NCBI GenBank assembly: GCA_951406725.2
Contig: OX597816.1
Location: 179,676,001 to 179,740,000 of the forward strand
Direction of reading: 5' to 3'
Source: Octopus vulgaris
Lineage: Eukaryota
DNA length: 64,000 nucleotides
The position numbers and the translations under genes are program-made. How positions within the stretch are numbered: position 1 is the stretch's first letter; each line of letters starts with the position of its first letter. Below the pieces are notes generated by a model. That model worked only from the letters and a program-made list of their open reading frames with translations. It ran no database searches and was not told the DNA's origin. Shown here one piece after another: positions 55,936 through 64,000 of the stretch.

Positions 55936-55950
55936 GTATATATATATATA

Positions 55951-56203
55951 TCGTGACGTATTTTTGCCATTTCAATATGGCTAACCCCTAAGGGTGGATG
56001 CTACTGTAGCTTTTAGCCCCAGGAGGACACACTCCTCCAGCTGGCCATAGACACACTTTCTGTGTCCTGTCAGTATTTGCAAAGGGAAGTCATCCTTCCC
56101 GTCTTCAACTTATGATACACACGGACTCGAGTTTCGAGGTATTGACCTCTCGTCAGCGTGTGACAATCATAGTTGTCGGCGAGAATTAGATTTCCTTCAC
56201 AAA
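55951..56203 (-). mobile_element. ~255-bp structured non-coding element carrying a hammerhead ribozyme (retrozyme-like or solo PLE pseudo-LTR)
   Basis: Flanked by (TA)n-rich tracts. Hairpins GGAGGA/TCCTCC, GACACA/TGTGTC, GGGAAG/CTTCCC and GGCTAA/TTAGCC, plus the HHR. Confidence 0.7.
56118..56162 (-). ncRNA. Canonical type I hammerhead ribozyme
   Basis: CACACG-CUGACGA-GAGGU(CAAU)ACCUC-GAAA-C(UCGA)G-UC^CGUGUG. All core nucleotides present, 6-bp stem I, 5-bp stem II, GUC cleavage triplet. Confidence 0.88.
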
Positions 56204-56266
56204 TATATATATATACATATACATAAATATATGTATACATTTACATACATATATACATACATACGT

Positions 56267-56311
<45 letters not shown>

Positions 56312-56662
56312 CAAAGGGTCGTACCTCTAATTTCTTTTTTCTATTCCCTTCCATTTTGCGTTTTTGTTCATTCCACTTTTTGAGCCAACCCGTGTTTTCT
56401 CATGTACCAGCATCCTGATTTTCTTATAGAAGAAACCATGTGACCGGAGCCTGTAGATGGCTTGGAGACACCAAACCACGCGTGTCAATGTTAGGAAACT
56501 AATGGTAGCTCATATTTTAATACAGTGTGCATTAAACGATGTTTATCTCTCATTGGATAGAGTACTCTTTTTGTTGATCCAACTTTAACAGAACAGCAAG
56601 ATATATAAATATATATATATATTATATATCATATACAGATATACCGTATATTCGCGCCCAAA

Positions 56663-56737
<75 letters not shown>

Positions 56738-56841
56738 GGCACACGTCCAAGGTGCCACGCAGTGGAACTGAACCCGGAACCATGTGGTTGGGAAGCAAGC
56801 TTCTTAGTACGCAGCCACGCCTGCGCCTATACGTATATACA

Positions 56842-56900
<59 letters not shown>

Positions 56901-57779
56901 TTGTGTGTGTTTAATCGTATGATGCATGCAAAGAACAAATTCAGATACGAGACTTACAATGTCCTCGCTGGCACGTTGCAGTAGGTTATGTCGGTTTTCT
57001 CCTATGCGATGGTTCCTCAATCATTTTGTCTTCAAATATCAATAACGGCTTAAGACACAACGTGGAGTTATGTAGATAAATCTCACTGAAAGTCGTTCTC
57101 ATTTCCTTAACTTAATGTGTCGTCGCTAATTATGAATTGCTGTGATTTTATCCGTATATCAGCGTATTGCAGCGATCAAATCTTTCTGATTCGATAAGTC
57201 TCAAATATTATTATTTATTTAACTGCTGTAAAAAAAAAAAAAAGAAGTATATATTATCATTAGGCGTAGGCATGGTTGGGTAGAGAGAGGTTTGCTTCTC
57301 AACCATATGTTTTCGGGTCCCTGATATTCCTGGCTAAATGAACAGAATGAAAAAGTATAGTCAATTTAGAGTGATTTTGAAAATTGAACAAGCAGTACAC
57401 AAACATTGTTTATCGTTGATTATACCTTTAAGAACAACATCACGACCATACTAAAAATGCTTAATTTTGCTAAAGGCTTTTCGCACAATATTTTCGTTAT
57501 ATTTGTGAGGGTATATACTTCTAAAATTACTACATATTAATACGAAAGGAAAATAATTTAATCGTTTTCTTTCGATATCGATATAATCTAAATATCGATA
57601 TAATCTTATTAGTATACATTAAAATTCACATACACACATACATATATACATACATATGCAGGCATCTTACGAAAATGGTAAAATGACGAAAAAGGCAATA
57701 GTTTTCACTGATTATAACCACAAATACTTGTAGGAATAGTTTTAAAATACTTGGATGTGTAATGTTATTACTTTTTCTA

Positions 57780-58350
57780 AAAAGCAGCGAGCTGGCAGAA
57801 TCGTTACTGCGTCGGGTAAAATGCGTAGAGGTATTTTGTCCGTCTTTACCTTCTGAGTTCAAATTCTGCCGGGTCAACATTTTCTTTCATCCTTTCGGCG
57901 TCGATAAAATGAATACATGTCGAGTACTGGGGCCAATGTAATAGACTATCCCCTTCCCCAAATTTTCAGGCCTTGTGCCTATAATAGAAAGGATTACCTT
58001 TCTAAAAGGCGGTGAGCTGGCACGCGCTGGACATTTCGTCCATCTTTACGTTCTGACGTAAAGACGGGACGACTTTGCCTTTCATCTTTTCGGAGTCGAT
58101 AAAATAAATAGCAGTTGAACACTGGGGTCGATTTAATCGACTCAGTGCCTCCTCCGAAATTGCTGGTCTTGTACCAAAATTTGAAGCCATTTTCACCTTT
58201 CTAAAATTGGCGAGTTGGCTGAATCGTTACCACACCGGATAAAATACTTACCGACATTTCCTGTCTTTACGTTCTGTGTTCAAATTCCACCGAGGTCGGT
58301 TTTGCCTTTCATGTAATCGCCTAACCCTTCTTCCAAAATTTTAAGTCTTT
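57780..58350 (+). mobile_element. Three tandem SINE family B copies
   Basis: Repeated AAGGCGGCGAGCTGGC..CTGAGTTCAAATTC..GCCTTTCATC blocks starting near 57780, 58005 and 58205. Confidence 0.85.
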
Positions 58351-60431
58351 CTTGATACTTGAACTAAGGAACTAGGGAACTACGAGCTCGTTCACCCTGC
58401 TAGAAATAGCAGCCAAATCTATCTCAAGTCACAAGATGCCGTTTTAAAATATGGAGAAAGAATTGGAAAATGTATCTATAAATACACTCTGCTTGAAGAA
58501 GAAACCGGTTCCACACGGCTGTAGATTTTCTGATTCAAGGATAAGCATGGATTAAACAACGAAACAAGTCAATATATGAAATTGATATACTGTATGCGTA
58601 AGAACGTGACGAGAATAATTTTTTTTTAAATCTCATATTGAATAATACTTAGAAATTAGTAATTGTAATACAAGAATCTGAAAGTGTTGCATTCCTGAAG
58701 GTATTGCCGTAACATGAAACGACTTCTAAGTTCATTGACTTTCTTGTAATGTGAAAGTGAATGAAAACAGCATTTGAGTTACGGAATTCTACATTATGGC
58801 AAGCGTTTTGGGGAACGCAAAGCTTCTATAATGCACTGGAAATCTTTAGTTCCGTTTGCGTATGAAACCCTACTGCGGCTAGCTGGAGGAGAATTAAGGG
58901 TAATTATATACGAAGTTGCATGCTGAGACTTATTATGTAATGAGATGACAAATTTCATGATTAATTCTGCTCGAGTAAGGTAAAGCAAATCGTTACAGCA
59001 ATGAAGAGGAGGAAGGAAGAATACTTTCACATCTCATCTTGGGGTAAATTAGGTTTGGCGTCGTCATGGTGACTGAAAGAGATAGACTAAGTATACAATA
59101 TTGAGTGCTACTAATAGCTAGGGATTAACCTTACGGTGGGCTGGCATCCCATCAGAAAAAGCTCTGACCTAAGCAGCCTAAAAGTTCTCCAGGCAAGCTT
59201 TAGGTTAATGACGGTATCCCAGCGTGGTAATAGCTCATGGGATGGAACCAGTGTGAATATGCTTCGCTGAAGAATTCTGTTAATACTGCAACATATCCAC
59301 AAGTGTCCCCCTCTCCACTGCATTTCATTTTAAATAAGATTTAATAGAATCTATATTCCAGGATTATCTCCAATGGCTTTTCAAGATAGAAATATTCATT
59401 AAGAAAATAATTTCTTTCCTCCGCAATACATTTGTAATTAACATTGTTATGACGCATTATTATAATTAATCACTTACATTTTCTTGTAGGGGACGTTCCT
59501 GGATATTTTTATCATACCCTTCAGTGGTTCTTTTGAGAATTATAATAAGTGTATTTACTTTTAATGTTGTGAATTCAAATTATTTTTAAAGGACAGACTT
59601 AGAAATTAAGAACAAAAATGAATGTTTAAATATAAATTTGCAATTACACGTTGTATGATATATTAAATATATATATTCCAAGATTGAAACGTGCGGTAGA
59701 AAGAATATGTTTCACAGATATGAATTTAACTCTGTTACAAGCCATTTTTGTATATCTCAATATTTATTTATTTAGTGATTTAAATTTTATATCGTATTTT
59801 AACGAAAAACAGTGTTGTTATTTATAAGTTTATAAGAGACCGATCAATGGCTCACGAAATTTCTGGCGGAGAAAGTGACACCTGTTGAAGCAGAAATAGA
59901 CGTCGCAGTTTTCGTTTTGTTTACAGACGATTAGGCCGTATTTTCCTCAATGGCATGTTAAATTTAGAGAAATTTTTGAGTTTTGAAATTACACCCCTCC
60001 CCTCGCATTTGGAGTGGTATTAGTTGCCAATAAGCGATTATTCTACTTCTCTTAGCTATTTGATCAATCCTCAGAGAACAAGGACCACACATCCTTCCAC
60101 CCACGAAAATAACATTATAGTAAATGTTATTTAAATCAGCCACAAATCAGTAGCTCGATAAAGTGGTTAGATTAATTTGCATATAGTACATGACGTGGTT
60201 AGGTTAATTTGCATATGATAAATAGGTTAGCGGTGTGATGAAATATTCAGTAAATAACTTTAACCATGAAATTCATGTAGTAGAGTTCAATGTAGTTAGA
60301 CTACAGTTAGGAACGGCTGTACTTCTAGAAATATAGAAAAGTGAATGCTGCTTGTTAGTCTCTTAGCAAAGAGAAAATTAAAGAGATTACTCTTATTTGT
60401 TTCACATTATTTATGTGCCAATTAAATAAGT

Positions 60432-60790
60432 TTGGCCGAAATGAGAACACAACCAAGATACAAGCTTAGAAATACATCGGGTCAGCCAGGACTGTCTTCA
60501 AGGATTCCGGAAAGACGATTCGTCACATTCCTGGCAAGTCACGCGTGGTGCCTCAGAGACGAAGAGCCCCCGTACGATGATATCAAGTGGAGGATCATAG
60601 AGCAGCCGGGATTCTACATTAACGGGAGCAGGTACAGCAAACTTTGCATCGCTCCCTGAAACCAGAGGTACCGAACTCTCACCAGGAAATTTATAGTCCC
60701 TCCATCTATTTCAAACGCTATCTCCTGCAAGCAGATTAGATCCGGAAATGTCCTGACGAACTAAAAGCAGCCTAAGGGCGAAATACCCCA
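60432..60790 (+). mobile_element. PLE GIY-YIG C-terminal remnant (same general type as 53207-54090)
   Basis: LASHAWCLRDEEPPYDDIKWRIIEQPGFYINGSRYSKLC resembles the LSxHIWxLK..I.W.I...Y..G...C.LC tail of some PLE endonucleases. Confidence 0.6.
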
Positions 60791-61033
60791 TTTCCTCTCT
60801 TATTCTCCAGATGAATTAATCTAAGGGAGATAACCCGTCCTCGCCGACCTAGATTGTTTATTCGCTAGTTACTTACTAAGTAAGGAACCGTAACAAATTC
60901 CTGCCTCCCAGAGTTGAAGAGTTATATATGCCTGCAGTTTTAGAGTCTGACGAGTCGTCCATGTGGCTGGGCACTTTATGGATGGGTAACCATTGGTCAC
61001 TTTATGACCGGACATGGATGTAACTGCATATAA

Positions 61034-61072
<39 letters not shown>

Positions 61073-61161
61073 TGTGTGTATGTTTGTGTGTATGTTTGTG
61101 TGTGTGCGTGCGCGGAGTATGCGTAAATGCTTTCCCAAATAAAAATGCATTACATTTTTAA

Positions 61162-61238
61162 AGCTCCGATGAAGCTAGAAAGTGATACACAAGCACTCAA
61201 CTATCCATTGTATCTTATAGCGGAAACAGCTGTAAGCT
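61162..61238 (+). ncRNA. Type I hammerhead-like motif with long stem II (U4>C variant)
   Basis: AGCU-CCGAUGA-A-GCUA..GAUACA..UGUAUC..UAGC-G-GAAA-C(AGCU)G-UA^AGCU. Confidence 0.6.
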
Positions 61239-61322
61239 AATGAAGTTCTGTCATTTATATATATATATATATATATATAAAATGACAGAACTTCATTAGC
61301 TTACAGCTGTTTCCGCTATAAG

Positions 61323-61398
<76 letters not shown>

Positions 61399-61574
61399 GT
61401 GAATATATATATACACTTGCGTCAGAAATTAATTAGCACTTCTCAAATTTCTACATTTTCTTACATTTTCTTAATTTAATTAACTTATTATCAGAAACGA
61501 ACTCGTTTTTAATCAAAAATTTATTAAAACATATCCCAGCATACCACATAATTGTTATTAATCGTGAAATTTAG

Positions 61575-62572
61575 TCAATATCTTGTTGCTCCTCCTTTGG
61601 CAGCAATGACAGCTGCTACGCGGGCCGGCATGCTGTCTATGAGTGCCTGCAGGTACTGTGCAGGGATGGCCCTCCATGCAGCAAGAAGTGCCCCAAACAG
61701 CTCGTGTCGGTTCCTGTATTGCTGCACATTCAAATCCCTACCCAATCGACTCCAGAGGTTCTCAATAGGGTTCAGATCATGACCGTCACCCCATGGTCCT
61801 TGAAGAAACCGGTTGTGAGCTTGGCTGTGTGGGGAGGCGCATTGTCCTGCTGGAGCACGTACTCTTCGCCACCAAAGAGGTATCCCGCAGAGGGTATGGC
61901 AGCATTCCATACTATCTCAACGTACTTTGTGGCGTTGATGTTGCCTTCGATGGCATAGAGCCGCCCAACACCACTGTAGCTGAACGCCCCCCACACCATC
62001 AGACCACCCCCACCATGCTTCATGGTGGGAGCAATGCAGACTTTGTTGAAGCGCTCACCCCTGCGGCGTCGCACATGGACAAGCTTGTCACTGACGAGAC
62101 TGAATCGCGACTCGTCAGTGAACATCACTGTCCGCCACTGCTGCACGGTCCATGTCTTGTGTGCACGGGCCCAGAGCAGCCGCCTCTTCCGGTTTTGGGC
62201 TGTAAAGAGCGGCTTACGGGCGGCCCTACAGGATTTTAGACCAGCTTCCAGTAATCTGGTCTTGACGGTGGTTGTAGACAACTGCTTCCCTGTCACCTTT
62301 TGCATCTCCTCCGCCAGTTGCCGGCTTGTTGCCCTTCGGTCGTTCAGTGACTTTCGGATCAGCATCCGGTCCTCCCGTTGGGTCGTCAGCCTCTTCCGCC
62401 CCCTACCCTTTTTGTCAGCTGCTGATCCGGTTTCCTCGTATTTCTTAAATAAGCACTGAATTGTGCGCCTGGCTACACCAAGTTTTCTGGCTATTGCAGC
62501 CTCCGACAGCTTCCCACGCCACGAGAGAGCCTCGTACCGTCTCTCCAAGGTCATGCGAGGTCTTGGGCCCAT
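61575..62572 (-). pseudogene. Tc1 transposase with a single frameshifting deletion just before DLNPIEN
   Basis: ORF 61772-62572: HTH, GRGRKR, ARKP, VMFTDESRF, HGGGGLMVWG, QQDNAPPH. Continues in ORF 61575-61910 as DLNPIENLW..SMPARVAAVIAAKGGATRY. WPxxSP is missing. Confidence 0.92.
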
Positions 62573-62730
62573 CTAGGAATGAACGATAAAAACCAGTTAT
62601 TTTCATTAAAACTATTCATTTGAATAATGTTATGCTATAACAAAACTGCTATGAGTTATTATTCATTAAACAAAAAAGAAAGAAAGCAGAATTTCTCACC
62701 CTATTTGATGTATAACAGAAAGTTTTGTGA

Positions 62731-62746
62731 ACCGGAAGTGACGTCA
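62731..62746. promoter_or_regulatory. Overlapping ETS-CRE motif in the Tc1 5' region
   Basis: ACCGGAAGTGACGTCA, ~160 bp upstream of the transposase ATG. Confidence 0.5.
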
Positions 62747-63395
62747 CGAAGCAGAGTGTAGGAGAATTTGTGAGGAAAAAATGTCTTGCAAATACACAGA
62801 TCAATTAACCTACGAGCTGTTCAAAACGTCTTACGCGATGAGAAAACTTAGTACGGTGTGATTTCGGTCCTTGCGAGGCGCTACCTATATCTATTAAACA
62901 AAGGAAGATTTGTCTGCATCCGCACTCCAAGTTGTTGCACTGCTATGTCAACATCATTAGGCTGTAGACTCTCAAACCGCTCTGCAAACAAAGTTCCGTC
63001 ATCGTTCTGCGCAACAGTGAACTCGCAACAAAGCAATAGTTCGAGATATGGCCACTAGGTGACAGCACATACCTTGAGTGAAGAGCAAATCAAGGGTGCT
63101 AATTAATTTCTGACGGTAGTGTATATATATATATATATATATATATATCACAAGCATGCACATACACATACATACATACCTACATATTTACATATATACA
63201 TACACACACATACATACGTACGTACACACGTACATACATAATACATAATACATACATGCATACGTACGAACACAAGTACATACTTACGTATGTACACACG
63301 TACGTAGGTACATACATGCATACAGACATACATACATAATGCATACATAGATACACACATACATACATGCATACATACATACATACATACATACA

Positions 63396-63427
<32 letters not shown>

Positions 63428-64000
63428 GATGAGTGATAGAAAATGGAATTAACAACAGTATTTAAAAATCATTACAATTGTTTCAACACCTTCTTATACC
63501 ATTTGTACATTGGTAAGATATTGAGTAATCATTATTAGAAATCCAAGGTGTAAACTGCGCTTCCTCAGGCGATTGTTAAATGATTCTCCCGTTAGATTCT
63601 CTCACCATTTTACAGTGTGATAATGCATACCTAAAGTGACGTGTCATTCCCAGCAGTTTACAGACAAAGATAAAACCATAGATATAATGACAGACCAAAT
63701 ACAATTATAATCAAAAGCAAAAGGCTTAAATAGAGAAAAATATTCGAAGGAAAAGAAAAGGCTCTGATTGATTATAAATTACCATTCTTTTAAATTCATT
63801 TTAAATGAATAACGTCACCAGTTCCATTTTCTACCATTTATCTGCTTGTATAAATTCTACTATGGAATTCCTGATATATATCCAGCAGCAGGAGCATTTC
63901 TACTGTATGATGACATCAGATAGCCAATATCTGTGGACAAGCTTTGCATAGCATTCTACAAGGTTTTTACCCGAATCTTATATTATTGTATGTATGTATG

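Larger units (their letters stand above)
61414..63121 (-). mobile_element. Full-length Tc1-family (DD34E-type) transposon
   Basis: TA-flanked 26-bp TIRs CACT(TG/AC)CGTCAGAAATTAATTAGCAC; internal transposase. Confidence 0.95.

Noticed and set aside
60753-60783. Hammerhead (CTGACGA...GAAA) downstream of the GIY-YIG remnant
   Set aside because: Stem II does not close next to the core, and no stem I/III pairing is found.
60925-61035. CTGACGA followed by a long imperfect hairpin
   Set aside because: No GAAA after the stem; at most a decayed motif.

Overview
AT-rich, microsatellite-dense animal DNA, probably intronic or intergenic. The SINE families and (AT)n/(TACA)n/(AAT)n load resemble octopus/coleoid genomes, which is an inference from recall. 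No host protein-coding gene can be called confidently, and most ORF-track entries are microsatellite artefacts. The window is a mosaic of decayed mobile elements: CR1-, RTE- and R4/Dong-type LINEs, two lineages of Penelope-like elements (PLEs), Tc1, mariner, maT and pogo/Tigger transposons, hAT and mariner MITEs, non-autonomous Helitrons and several tRNA-derived SINE families. The most striking signal is a set of type I hammerhead-ribozyme (HHR) motifs in several unrelated short repeats. One is fully canonical, with an extended stem I (56118-56162, minus), and lies in a ~255-bp hairpin-rich non-coding element that looks like a retrozyme or solo pseudo-LTR. A Penelope element carries a pseudo-LTR combining a tRNA-like Pol III head, a trinucleotide tract and an HHR; this pseudo-LTR also occurs as a solo copy. 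Several local inverted or direct duplications and some composite TF motifs are also noted. All comparisons were made by eye, so boundaries are approximate unless TIRs or TSDs are given.
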